From: Candidatus Dormiibacterota bacterium
GTDB lineage: Bacteria > Chloroflexota > Dormibacteria > Aeolococcales > Aeolococcaceae
DNA length: 64,000 nt
NCBI GenBank assembly: GCA_036276135.1
Contig: DATBEL010000096.1
Span: 387-64,386 of the forward strand
Direction of reading: 5' to 3'
A program made the position numbers and the translations under genes. Within the stretch, counting starts at the first letter, position 1. Each line of letters starts with the position of its first letter. Positions 35,450 to 44,975 of this stretch are shown one piece after another. Below the pieces are notes generated by a model that searched no databases, was not told the DNA's origin, and was given only the letters and a program-made list of their open reading frames with translations.

Positions 35450-38017
35450 CTACGCCTGCGCGCCCACTCCGGCCGCGCGGTCGGCGGCCTGGGCGCGCTG
35501 CTGGCGCAGGGTGCTGTCGCGGCTCTCCAGCACCAGGCGGCGCCCCGCCTCGGTCAGCTCGCTGCCCTCGAGCAGCCTGTCGGCTGCGGCGACGACCGCG
35601 TCGTCGGCCCGGTACGCCGGGTACATCCCCAGGGTGAACACCTCGGCTTCCTCGGAGGCGCGCTCGCGCCAGTACCGCGGCACCTGCTCCGCCCATTTCT
35701 CAATGTAGGGGTCAAGAAATTCCTGCTGATCGCGTTCCTGGATGCCGCCGATCAGCGCGCGCTGCATCGCCAGCGGCGTTGCCCGGTCGATGATTCGTGC
35801 CCACGCCGACGCCTTGGCGTCGGCGAGAGGGCGTGATGCGCGCGCCGACGCCGCCTTGCGCGCGCCAACGTCGGTGTTGTCACGTGCCGCCTCGGCATCG
35901 ATGGCGGTGTTGTCGAGACGCCCGGCGGCGGCGAGCCGGCGGGTGATCAGCCAGCGCAGATCCTGGTCGATGGTGATTCCCTCGGGCACGAAGCGACCGG
36001 CGAGCAGGCCGGCGGCGAAGTCGAAGTCCTCCGGCGCATCTGACGTGGCCAGCGTGCACCGCAATGCGCTCAGCTGCAGCGGGCTCCCAGGTGTTGCCGC
36101 CGCCAGGATCGTCGCCGCCGTCTCATGCAGATGCGTGCGTGCAGCCCGCCGGTTGGCGGGGTCGGTGAAGTTCTCCACGGCTCCGATCGCCTGGCTGAGC
36201 AGGTCGTCGACGATGGTGGGCAGCGTCTCGTTGGGGGCATGGCGGTGCACGAAGTCGATGTACCGCCCGGCAGGGATGTCCGCATCGCGCGCCATGTCCC
36301 ACATCGCCGCCCAGAGCAGCGAGCGGGCGAGCGGGTCTTCGAGATCGGAGAGATGATCGATGACCGTTTGGGTGGAGACGCCGTCGAGCCGGATCTTGGC
36401 GAAGGTGAGGTCACCGTCGTTGAGCAGCACCAGCGCCGGCCGAGCTCGCCCGCGCAGCTCCGGCACATCGGTGCGCGCACCGCTGATGTCGAGCTCGAGG
36501 TGCTCGGTCCGGACCAGTCGGCCGTGGTCGTCGAGGTCGAAGAGCCCGACGCCGATGCGGTGCGAGCGCAACGTCGCCAGAGCCGGGGTGGCCGGGGCCT
36601 GGAGCACGGCGCACGATTCGACGATGCCGTCGGTGGCGGCGATCTCGGCGCGCAGGACGTTCATGCCCGCGGTCTCGAGCCACTCGCGCGACCACGCCGC
36701 GAGGTCGCGCCCCGAGTGGCGTTCCAGCGGAGCGAGGAAGTCACGCAGCGTTGCGTTGCTCCACTGGTGCTCGGCGAAGTACTCGCGGATGCCGCCGAAG
36801 AACGACTCCTCGCCGACCCAGGCCACCAGCTGGCGGAGCACCGCGGCACCCTTCGCGTAGCTGATGCCATCGAAGTTGAGCCGCCCCGTGCTGACGTTGG
36901 GCACGTCGGCCGCGATCGGGTGGGTGGTCGGCAGCTGGTCCTGGCGGGCTGCCCACGACTTGTCCCCATTGGCGAAGTCGACCCAGGCGCTGGTGAACCT
37001 GGTTGCGCAGGCCTGGGCGTCGTTTCCCGTGTAGGTGGCGAAGCTCTCGTTGAGCCAGAGGTCGTTCCACCAGCGCATCGTCACCAGGTCACCGAACCAC
37101 ATGTGCGCCAGCTCGTGGAGGATGGTGCTGGCCCGCCACGAGCGCACCGACGCGGGCACGGCGCCGCGGTAGATGGCGCTCTCCTCGTTGAAGGTGACGC
37201 AGGCGACGTTCTCCATGGCCCCGGCATTGAACTCGGGGACGAACAGCTGGTCGTACTTGTCGCCGAACGGGTAGCGCATGCCGAAGCGCTCAGCGAAGTG
37301 ATCGAGCCCCTGCTTGGTGATCGAGAAGATCTCCTCCTCTTCGAGGTAGCGGCGCAGCGACTGCCTGCAGTAGAGGTTGAGCTCGATGCCGTCGTGCGTG
37401 TCGGTGACGCGCGCATACGGTCCGGCGACGATGGCCACCAGGTACGTCGACATCAGCGGTGACTCGCTGAACACCACAGTCGACGTCGCCGCATCGGATG
37501 GATCGGCTTCGATGCGCGCCACCCTGGAGTTGCCGACGACCACCCACTCCGCCGGAGCGATCACCCGCATGGTGAACCGGGCCTTGAGGTCGGGCTGGTC
37601 GAACGCGGCGAAGACCCGGTGCGCCTCGTAGGGCTCGCACTGGGTGTAGATGTAGACATGACCGTCGGCCGGGTCGATGATGCGGTGCAGGCCCATGCCG
37701 GTGTGCGAGTAGGGCTGGTCGGCGACCACGCGCAGGTGGTTGCGGGCACGCAGCCCGGTGAGCGCGACCCGGTTGTCGGCGAACGCGGACGCGGGGTTCA
37801 CCGCCTCGCCGTTGAGCACGATCTCGTGGATGGCCTCGGCTTCGAGATCGATGAAGGTCTCGCCCCCCGGTGTGGCGGAGAAGTCGATCTGCGTGACGCT
37901 CCGGAACGCCGAAGCGTCCGGCGCGCCGCTGAGGTCGAGGGTGACGTCGTAGCAGAGGTCGGAGAGCAGCCGCTGGCGCGCCTCCGCCTCGGTGTGCTGA
38001 AGGTCATCGGGAATCAC
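35450..38017 (-). CDS. pepN: Aminopeptidase N (M1 family)
   Basis: GAMEN exopeptidase motif and HELAHMWFGDLVTMRWWNDLWLNESFA (HExxH-x18-E). Confidence 0.9.
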   Translation of the reverse strand: MIPDDLQHTEAEARQRLLSDLCYDVTLDLSGAPDASAFRSVTQIDFSATPGGETFIDLEAEAIHEIVLNGEAVNPASAFADNRVALTGLRARNHLRVVADQPYSHTGMGLHRIIDPADGHVYIYTQCEPYEAHRVFAAFDQPDLKARFTMRVIAPAEWVVVGNSRVARIEADPSDAATSTVVFSESPLMSTYLVAIVAGPYARVTDTHDGIELNLYCRQSLRRYLEEEEIFSITKQGLDHFAERFGMRYPFGDKYDQLFVPEFNAGAMENVACVTFNEESAIYRGAVPASVRSWRASTILHELAHMWFGDLVTMRWWNDLWLNESFATYTGNDAQACATRFTSAWVDFANGDKSWAARQDQLPTTHPIAADVPNVSTGRLNFDGISYAKGAAVLRQLVAWVGEESFFGGIREYFAEHQWSNATLRDFLAPLERHSGRDLAAWSREWLETAGMNVLRAEIAATDGIVESCAVLQAPATPALATLRSHRIGVGLFDLDDHGRLVRTEHLELDISGARTDVPELRGRARPALVLLNDGDLTFAKIRLDGVSTQTVIDHLSDLEDPLARSLLWAAMWDMARDADIPAGRYIDFVHRHAPNETLPTIVDDLLSQAIGAVENFTDPANRRAARTHLHETAATILAAATPGSPLQLSALRCTLATSDAPEDFDFAAGLLAGRFVPEGITIDQDLRWLITRRLAAAGRLDNTAIDAEAARDNTDVGARKAASARASRPLADAKASAWARIIDRATPLAMQRALIGGIQERDQQEFLDPYIEKWAEQVPRYWRERASEEAEVFTLGMYPAYRADDAVVAAADRLLEGSELTEAGRRLVLESRDSTLRQQRAQAADRAAGVGAQA

Positions 38018-38058
38018 CGGCCTAGCCTATCGCCCCCGCCGCCGCCTCTGCGTTTCGA

Positions 38059-39219
38059 TCAACCGGCTCGTTGCAACGCCTCGTCGAGGTCGGCGAGCAG
38101 GTCGTCGAGGTCCTCGATTCCCACCGAGAGGCGGAGCAGCCCGTCGCGCAGACCGATGCGCTCGCGTTCCTCGATGGGCACCGATGCGTGGGTCATGAGA
38201 CCGGGGTGCTCCGCGAGCGACTCCACCGCGCCGAGCGACTCCGCCAGGGTGAACAGGCGCAGCGCCTCGAGCACCCGCACCGCCGCGGCCTCGTCGCCAA
38301 GCTCGAACGAGACAACCCCGCCGTACACCCCCCCCATCTGTCGCGCCGCCAGCTCGTGCTGCGGGTGGGATGCGAGGCCGGGGTAATGCACTGCTCGCAC
38401 CGACGGCTGCGCGACGAGGTGCTCTGCGATGGCCTGGGCGTTGTCGCTCTGCCGCTGGACACGCAGCGCCAGCGTCTTGAGGCCGCGCAGCAGCAGCCAG
38501 CAGTCGAACGGCGAGGGGACGGCGCCGGCGGCGTTCTGGTGGAATCGCAGTGGCTCGGCGAGACGATCGTCCGCGGTGACCAGGCAGCCGCCGAGAACGT
38601 CGCTGTGGCCGCCCAGGTACTTGGTGGAGCTGTGCATGACGACGTCGGCGCCGAGCTCGAGCGGTCGCTGGATGTACGGCGAAGCGAAGGTGCTGTCGAC
38701 GGCCAGCCAGGCGCCGCGTCGGTGAGCCGCGGCGGCCGCCGCAGCGATGTCGACGACGCGCAGCAGAGGATTGGTCGGGCTCTCGATCCACACCAGCCGC
38801 GTCCGGTCGGTCATGGCCTGCTCGATCGCGCCCGGCCGCGTGGCATCGACCGCTGAGAAGGTGAGCCCGTACCGGCCCATCACGCTGTTGAAGAGCCGGA
38901 AGGTCCCCCCGTAGGCGTCCTCCATGTAGACGACGTGGTCGCCGGGGTCGAGGAGCAGCAGCGCCGTCGTGGTGGCGGCCAGCCCGGACGCGAACGCCAG
39001 CCCGTGGCTGCCGCCCTCCAGCGAGGCGAGGCAGGTCTCCAGCTGTTGCCGCGTGGGGTTGTCGCTCCGCGAGTACTCGAATCCTCCGTGCCTGCCGATG
39101 CCCTCCTGCGCGAACGTCGTCGCCAGGTGGATGGGCTGGACCACCGCGCCGGTGGCCGGGTCCGGGCCCTGGCCGACGTGGACCGCCCGGGTGGCGAATC
39201 CCGGTTGCTCCCTGCTCAT
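38059..39219 (-). CDS. Cystathionine gamma-lyase/gamma-synthase family PLP enzyme
   Basis: ESPTNPLL and HSSTKYLGGHSD (PLP Lys). It lies downstream of cystathionine beta-synthase, which favours a gamma-lyase role (inference). Confidence 0.8.
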   Translation of the reverse strand: MSREQPGFATRAVHVGQGPDPATGAVVQPIHLATTFAQEGIGRHGGFEYSRSDNPTRQQLETCLASLEGGSHGLAFASGLAATTTALLLLDPGDHVVYMEDAYGGTFRLFNSVMGRYGLTFSAVDATRPGAIEQAMTDRTRLVWIESPTNPLLRVVDIAAAAAAAHRRGAWLAVDSTFASPYIQRPLELGADVVMHSSTKYLGGHSDVLGGCLVTADDRLAEPLRFHQNAAGAVPSPFDCWLLLRGLKTLALRVQRQSDNAQAIAEHLVAQPSVRAVHYPGLASHPQHELAARQMGGVYGGVVSFELGDEAAAVRVLEALRLFTLAESLGAVESLAEHPGLMTHASVPIEERERIGLRDGLLRLSVGIEDLDDLLADLDEALQRAG

Positions 39220-39231
39220 CCCGTCTCCTGC

Positions 39232-40602
39232 TCAGCGATGGTGGGCGACGTACTCGAGCAGGTCGGCGCGAGTGATCATCCCGACGGGCCGGTCCCCATC
39301 GATGATGGTGATCGCCGCCTCACCGCTGAGCAGAGGCGCGAACGCCTCGTCGAGCGGCGCGTCGGCGGACACCGACGTGAACGGCGGGTCCATCGCCGCT
39401 GACACGGACGCGGTGACCACCGCCGGGTCGCGGTAGACGCGGTCGAGCAGGGTGCGCTCGGCGATGCTGCCGACCACCTGGCGGTCGCCGTTGCTGCCGT
39501 CGACAACCGGCAGCTGCGAGATGTTGTAGCGCTGCATCAGGTCGATCGCCTCGCCGACGGTCCGGCCGACCTCGACCGCCACCAGCGAGGGCACCGCGCC
39601 GTCGCCGGCGTCGTGGGCGGCGAGCACCTCGCGCACGCGCGCCGGACCGAGCCTGTCCAGGAAGCCGTTCTGGCGCATCCACTCGTCGGAGAAGAACTTG
39701 GTCAGGTAGTTGCGCCCGGTGTCGGGAAGGAGCACGACCACCACCGAGTCGGGGTCCGTCTCCGCCGCGACGACCAGGGAGGCGTGCAGCGCCATGCCCG
39801 CCGAGCCACCGACGAGGATCCCCTCCTCGCGGGCCAACCGGCGGGCGGCGACGAAAGCCTCGCGGTCGGTGACCTGGACGATCCGGTCGACCACCGCCGC
39901 ATCGAAGGTGCCCGGCCAGAAGTCCTCCCCGACGCCCTCGATCTTGTACGGCGCGATCGGTCCCGAGAAGATCGATCCCTCGGGGTCGGCGCCGACCACC
40001 TGGATCGCCGGGTTCTGCTCTTTGAGGTAGCGGCCGGCGCCACTGATGGTGCCGCCGGTGCCGACCCCGGCCACGAACACGCCGATGCGCCCGTCCGTCT
40101 GCCGCCACAGCTCCGGACCCGTGGTCGCGTAATGCGCCTCTGGGTTCTTGACGTTGAAATACTGGTTGGGCTGGAAGGCGCCGGGGATCTCGCGAGCCAA
40201 CCGGTCGGCCACCGAGTAGTACGACTGCGGCGACTCGCGGTCGACGTTGGTGGGACAGACCACCACGTCGGCCCCATATGCCTTGAGCAGGCTGATCTTC
40301 TCGGCCGACATCTTGTCCGGCATCACGAAGATCATCTTGTACCCCTTGATCGCGGCGACCATCGCCAGGCCGTGACCGGTGTTGCCCGACGTGGGCTCGA
40401 CGATGGTGCCGCCGCGGCGCAGCTGGCCGGTGCGCTCGGCCTCCTCGACCATGCCGAGAGCGATGCGGTCCTTGACGCTGCCACCGGGGTTGAGCTGCTC
40501 GAGCTTGGCGAGCACGGTGGCGCCGATTCCCCGGGTCATGGCATGCAACCGCACCAGCGGCGTGTTGCCGACCAGGTCCAGGATGCTCTCGGAATAGTCC
40601 AC
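39232..40602 (-). CDS. Cystathionine beta-synthase (PLP domain plus tandem CBS domains)
   Basis: GTG 40602. Motifs are NPGGSVKDRIA (PLP Lys) and EPTSGNTG, with a C-terminal pair of CBS domains. The 5' 140 codons of the track ORF are rejected. Confidence 0.85.
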   Translation of the reverse strand: MDYSESILDLVGNTPLVRLHAMTRGIGATVLAKLEQLNPGGSVKDRIALGMVEEAERTGQLRRGGTIVEPTSGNTGHGLAMVAAIKGYKMIFVMPDKMSAEKISLLKAYGADVVVCPTNVDRESPQSYYSVADRLAREIPGAFQPNQYFNVKNPEAHYATTGPELWRQTDGRIGVFVAGVGTGGTISGAGRYLKEQNPAIQVVGADPEGSIFSGPIAPYKIEGVGEDFWPGTFDAAVVDRIVQVTDREAFVAARRLAREEGILVGGSAGMALHASLVVAAETDPDSVVVVLLPDTGRNYLTKFFSDEWMRQNGFLDRLGPARVREVLAAHDAGDGAVPSLVAVEVGRTVGEAIDLMQRYNISQLPVVDGSNGDRQVVGSIAERTLLDRVYRDPAVVTASVSAAMDPPFTSVSADAPLDEAFAPLLSGEAAITIIDGDRPVGMITRADLLEYVAHHR

Positions 40603-40631
40603 CGTCGCGATTCTAGGCCGAGCCCGGCGCT

Positions 40632-42833
40632 CTACTGGTCGGCGGGGGCGCGGAGCGCATACGCGCTGTCGACGTAGTCCAGCACCATGCGCGTCGCCGA
40701 GAAGCGGGGACCGTTGGTGCGCAGGGAGTGCTTCATGCGGCGCACCCAGCCACGGGGGATCCCGTCGGCATCCCGGTCGTAGAAGAGCGGGGCAACGTCG
40801 TGCTCGAGCAGATCGTAGAAGGCTGCGGCGTCGCGGCTGTCCTGGATGCCACGGTCGTACGCGGGATCGCCCGGGATCGCCCAGCCGTTCTCGCCGTCGA
40901 ACGCCTCGGCCCACCAGCCGTCGAGGACGGAGAGGTTGAGGCCGCCGTTGAGGACCACCTTCATCCCGCTGGTGCCGCTGGCCTCCAGCGGTGGCCGGGG
41001 CAGGTTGACCCAGAGGTCGCACCCGGCGACCAGTCGCGCGGCGATGCCGAGGTCGTAGTTGTCGAGGAAGGCAACCCGTTCGCTCGCGTGCGGGAGCTGC
41101 TTGAAGCTGAAGAACCCCTGGGCCGAGCGCTTGCCGTCCTCGTCGTCGGGGTGAGCCTTGCCGGCGAGGATGAGCTGCATCGGGTGCTTCTCGCTGGACA
41201 CGAGGTCGGCGACACGCTGTGGCTCCATGGTCAGAAGGTAGAGGCGCTTGTACGTCGCCAGCCGCCGCGCAAAACCGATGGTCAGCGTGTCGGCGCTGAA
41301 GCCGCGCTCGGCGGCGGCCACGAGGTCGCGGCTCTCGCTGCGCGCCAGCCGGGTGGCCACGCTGCGGTCGCGCACGTACTCGACGAACTCAGCGCGGAGC
41401 AGCGAGCGCAGCTGCCAGATCTCAGCGTCGGGGATGTCGTCGACCGGCGCCCACGTCTGCGGCTCCGCCTGACGTGACATCCAGCCGGGGGCGAGGTGGC
41501 GGTCGAGCAGCTCGCGCATCGACGGGGACATCCAGCTGGGCACGTGCACCCCGTTGGTGACGTGCCCGATCGGCACCGTTTCGACCGGACGCTCGGGGAA
41601 CAACGGCTGCCACATCTGCCTGGCGACCTCGCCGTGCCTGCGGCTGACACCGTTGGCGGCGCGGCTCATCTTGATGCCGAGCGGGGTCATCACGAACGGC
41701 TCGGCGGGGTTGTCGGGGCGGGTGCGGCCGAGCTGCAGGAAGCTCTCGACGTCCATGCCGATCTCGGAGGGGTACTCCCCGAGCACCTCGATGATCTCGG
41801 CGACATCGTAGCCCTCGTTGCCGGCGCCGACCGGCGTGTGCGTGGTGAAGACGGTGCGCTCGCGAGCGTTGGCGAACGCGGTGTGGCGGTCGACCCCCGC
41901 TGCGATCTCCCGGCGGGCCAGCTCGAGCGGGGCGAGCGCGGCATGGCCCTCGTTGAGGTGCACCACCGCCGGGTCCATGCCCATGGCGGCGAGCACGCGC
42001 ATCGAGCCGATGCCCAGCAGCGCGTACTGCGCCAGCCTGATGCCACGATCGCTCTCGTACAGGCGCGCGGTGATCCAGCGGTCGGTGCGCGAGTTCTCGG
42101 GGCGGTCGGCGTCGAGGAGCAGCAGCGGCACCCGGCCCACCTGGACGCGCCACACCTGCACGGTCAGCTGGCGCCCGCGCAGCGGCACCGTGACGGTCAC
42201 CGGGCGGCCGTCGCCGTTGCGGACAAGGACGGCAGGAACGCGCTCGGGATCGAGGGGTATCCAGTACTCGTGCTGGTAGCCGCTGCGGTCCATGCGCTGG
42301 AGGAAGTACCCCTGGCGGTAGAGCAGGCCCACGGCCACCATCGGCAGGGCCATGTCGCTCGCCTCCTTGACGATGTCACCGGCGAGCACCCCGAGGCCAC
42401 CTGCGTAGATGGGCAATGACTGGTGGACGGCGAACTCGGCGCACAGAAACGCGACGGGGTGCTGCGGTGAGGCGCGGCAGGGAAGCTGCGGTCGTGCGGC
42501 GTCCTCTTCGATGGTGCGCAGGATCACATGGGCGCGCTCGATCAACTCCCTGTCGGCGGCGACGCGCTCGAGCGCGGACGTGGAGGCCTCGAGCAGCAAC
42601 CTGATCGGGTTGCGCCCGCTCTGCTCCCAGCGCACCGGGTCGACGGCGATGAACAGGTCCTCACCACCCGGTGTCCACGACCAGCGGTAGTTGTACGCAA
42701 CTCGCGCGAACACCGACATCGCGGACGGCAGCCGTCTGGCCAGCTCGTCGGCCGCGCGGGCCTCGTCGGAGCTGCCCTCGAGCAGCGGCGTCGGCTGCGC
42801 GATCGTGTCGGTCACGATGGCGTAGCGTGCCAC
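40632..42833 (-). CDS. glgP: Alpha-glucan phosphorylase (GT35)
   Basis: VAYNYRWSWTPGG forms the N-terminal region. EASGTSGMKVVLNGGLNLSVLDGWW is the PLP-Lys region. Confidence 0.85.
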   Translation of the reverse strand: MARYAIVTDTIAQPTPLLEGSSDEARAADELARRLPSAMSVFARVAYNYRWSWTPGGEDLFIAVDPVRWEQSGRNPIRLLLEASTSALERVAADRELIERAHVILRTIEEDAARPQLPCRASPQHPVAFLCAEFAVHQSLPIYAGGLGVLAGDIVKEASDMALPMVAVGLLYRQGYFLQRMDRSGYQHEYWIPLDPERVPAVLVRNGDGRPVTVTVPLRGRQLTVQVWRVQVGRVPLLLLDADRPENSRTDRWITARLYESDRGIRLAQYALLGIGSMRVLAAMGMDPAVVHLNEGHAALAPLELARREIAAGVDRHTAFANARERTVFTTHTPVGAGNEGYDVAEIIEVLGEYPSEIGMDVESFLQLGRTRPDNPAEPFVMTPLGIKMSRAANGVSRRHGEVARQMWQPLFPERPVETVPIGHVTNGVHVPSWMSPSMRELLDRHLAPGWMSRQAEPQTWAPVDDIPDAEIWQLRSLLRAEFVEYVRDRSVATRLARSESRDLVAAAERGFSADTLTIGFARRLATYKRLYLLTMEPQRVADLVSSEKHPMQLILAGKAHPDDEDGKRSAQGFFSFKQLPHASERVAFLDNYDLGIAARLVAGCDLWVNLPRPPLEASGTSGMKVVLNGGLNLSVLDGWWAEAFDGENGWAIPGDPAYDRGIQDSRDAAAFYDLLEHDVAPLFYDRDADGIPRGWVRRMKHSLRTNGPRFSATRMVLDYVDSAYALRAPADQ

Positions 42834-42870
42834 GCCGGCCGGTCAGCGCGCCGGGCGCCCGCGTGGCCGT

Positions 42871-43563
42871 TCAGCTCGGCAGAGAACCAAGCATCGCCCG
42901 CACTCCCGCCAGCGGGCCCTCGGTGTGGGCGAAGACCGCGGTGCCGGCGACGAGGACCGTGGCGCCCGCTGCGACACAGTCACGAGCGTTGCCGGCGTCG
43001 ACACCGCCGTCGACCTCGATCTCGGTGGCCAGGCCACGGCCATCGATCTCGCGACGGAGCGCAGCCACCTTCTCGAGGGTGTGCGGGATCAGCGTCTGAC
43101 CACCGAAGCCCGGGTTGATGGTCATCACCAGGGCGAGGTCGCAGATCTCGAGCACGTCACTGAGGGAGGACACGGGGGTGCTGGGATTGATCGCCGCGCC
43201 CGCGCGACAGTCGAGCCTTCGGATGGTGGTCAGGCTGCGATGCAGGTGCGGCGAGACCTCCTGGTGGATGGTGATCCCGTCCGCCCCCGCGGCGGCGAAG
43301 GTCTCGAGGTGGCGCTCAGGCTCGCGGATCATCAGGTGCAGCTCGAGGGGGAGTTGGGTCTCGCGCCGCAGCGAACGGACGGTGTCGGTGCCGAAGGTGA
43401 AGTTGGGCACGAAGCTGCCGTCCATGACGTCGACGTGGAGACGCTCGGCGCCGCTGCCCTCGAGCGCATGGACGGCGTCGGCGAGGTGGGCGAAATCGGC
43501 GGCGAGCAGGCTCGGGGCGATGCAGACGGCCCCCGGACAGGCCGGCCACGTTGAGCGGGGCAC
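42871..43563 (-). CDS. rpe: Ribulose-phosphate 3-epimerase
   Basis: IAPSLLAADFA, HVDVMDGSFVPN, MTINPGFGGQ and EVDGG. The start is uncertain (GTG 43563 or GTG 43599; neither has a clear SD). Confidence 0.85.
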   Translation of the reverse strand: MPRSTWPACPGAVCIAPSLLAADFAHLADAVHALEGSGAERLHVDVMDGSFVPNFTFGTDTVRSLRRETQLPLELHLMIREPERHLETFAAAGADGITIHQEVSPHLHRSLTTIRRLDCRAGAAINPSTPVSSLSDVLEICDLALVMTINPGFGGQTLIPHTLEKVAALRREIDGRGLATEIEVDGGVDAGNARDCVAAGATVLVAGTAVFAHTEGPLAGVRAMLGSLPS

Positions 43564-43691
43564 GGAAGGCAGCCTAGCCGATGACCGATGCCCGCGCACC
43601 AGCCGGTGCGCAGCCCGAATGCGTCAATCCTTTCAGCGATCGACAGTGAATTGGGACAGGTATCTAAAGTTAGTGTCGTTATGGTCGGTTC

Positions 43692-44936
43692 ATGAAGGCG
43701 CGGGACACGCAGGCCGCACCGGCACAGGACTTGGAACAGCGCGCGCGCCGGCTGCGCGGCAACGTCGACGCTGTGATCGACCTGGCCAGCTCGCTGGACG
43801 CCCGCAAGAACATACCCCGCGTGCTCGAGCAGGTCTGCGCGGCAGTCGACGGGAACCGGGCGACACTCCTGCGCCTGGACGGCGACGACGTGGTGATCGA
43901 GGGCGTCCACGACGGCGACGACGAGACCATCGTTCCCGACTGGCGTGGTCGCGTCGACGGTCACGAGATGCTGCTGGCGGCGCGAAGGTCAGTGGACGTC
44001 GTGGTCGGTGGTAACCTCGCCGGCGAGCAGCTCCCAACCGAGCTCAGGGGCGCCGGGGCCGGCGTCAAGCACACCATCATCCTGCCGCTGCGCAGCAACG
44101 ATGGCGTGGCCGGGTTCCTGGTGGTGGTCCGCCGTCATCCACGCCCCTTCATCCACGATGACGTCGGAGCCCTGCAACAGCTCGGCAGCGTGGCGCTGCT
44201 GGCGCTGCGCAACTCGCGCCTCTACGCTGACGCGCAGGCGGCATCGGAGGCGATGTCGTCGTTCCTCAACCTCGTGGTCCACGACCTTCGCGCTCCGCTG
44301 ACGGTGCTCTCGGGCTACGTCGACCTGCTGAGCCAGGGCACCTACGGTCCTCCGCCGGCGGGGTGGGCGAGGCCGATGGAGCTGATCACCGCCAAGCTGC
44401 ACGAGCTGCACCGGCTGGTCGACGACATCCTGCTGGCGGCGCGACTGGAGAGCGGCGCGGTGCCGACGACCACCGAGCTGCTCGACCTCAACGACGTCGT
44501 CCGCCGCGCCGCAGTGCGCAGCCAGGCACGAGCGGAGCTGGCCGGCGCCACCGTCGAGATCGCTCCGACACCGACCGCTGTCGCGGCCTGCGCCGACAGC
44601 TTCCACGTCGATCGCATCGTCGACAACCTGATCAACAACGCCATGAGCTACGGCGGCGCGGCGCCATGGATCCGCATCTCCGTTGATGCTTCCCGACCAC
44701 CCGCCGTCCGTGTCGAGGACCACGGGGTGGGGATCAGCGCGGAGCTGCACGATCGCATCTTCGACCGCTTCTTCCGCCTCGAAACCGGTGTTCCCGGCAC
44801 CGGTTTCGGACTCCACGTCGGCCGCGTCCTGGCGCAGGCGTGCGGCGGCTCGCTCAACGTGGAGCGGAGCGTGCCGGGCCAGGGCAGCGTGTTCCGCCTC
44901 GAACTGCCCCCGGGGCCCCCCGCGCCGCCGAACTGA
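43692..44936 (+). CDS. Cytoplasmic GAF-domain sensor histidine kinase
   Basis: GAF-like N-terminal half. H-box NLVVHDLRAPL, N-box DNLINNAMSY, and G-boxes DHGVGIS and GTGFGLHV. There is no TM segment and no adjacent response regulator. Confidence 0.8.
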   Translation: MKARDTQAAPAQDLEQRARRLRGNVDAVIDLASSLDARKNIPRVLEQVCAAVDGNRATLLRLDGDDVVIEGVHDGDDETIVPDWRGRVDGHEMLLAARRSVDVVVGGNLAGEQLPTELRGAGAGVKHTIILPLRSNDGVAGFLVVVRRHPRPFIHDDVGALQQLGSVALLALRNSRLYADAQAASEAMSSFLNLVVHDLRAPLTVLSGYVDLLSQGTYGPPPAGWARPMELITAKLHELHRLVDDILLAARLESGAVPTTTELLDLNDVVRRAAVRSQARAELAGATVEIAPTPTAVAACADSFHVDRIVDNLINNAMSYGGAAPWIRISVDASRPPAVRVEDHGVGISAELHDRIFDRFFRLETGVPGTGFGLHVGRVLAQACGGSLNVERSVPGQGSVFRLELPPGPPAPPN

Positions 44937-44975
44937 CCGCTTTCACCTTCGGTTGAGCGTGCGCCGGCGCGAGCC

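Noticed and set aside
40603-41022. 5' extensions of track ORFs. Examples: CBS 39232..41022, zwf 47548..49761, aceE 32766..35696, exonuclease 31901..33316, carboxyltransferase 4802.., manC 9760.., DedA 59668..61383
   Set aside because: The extensions overlap the 3' ends of upstream motif-bearing genes and are Arg/Pro-rich. In each case an in-frame GTG or ATG at the family-typical N-terminus, often overlapping the upstream stop, gives a protein of normal length.
43600-43691. AT-richer spacers (here, 657-815 and 21134-21292) as candidate dif or origin-like sites
   Set aside because: There is no match to the XerCD dif-type 28-mer pattern and there are no DnaA-box clusters. Their positions fit ordinary divergent promoters.
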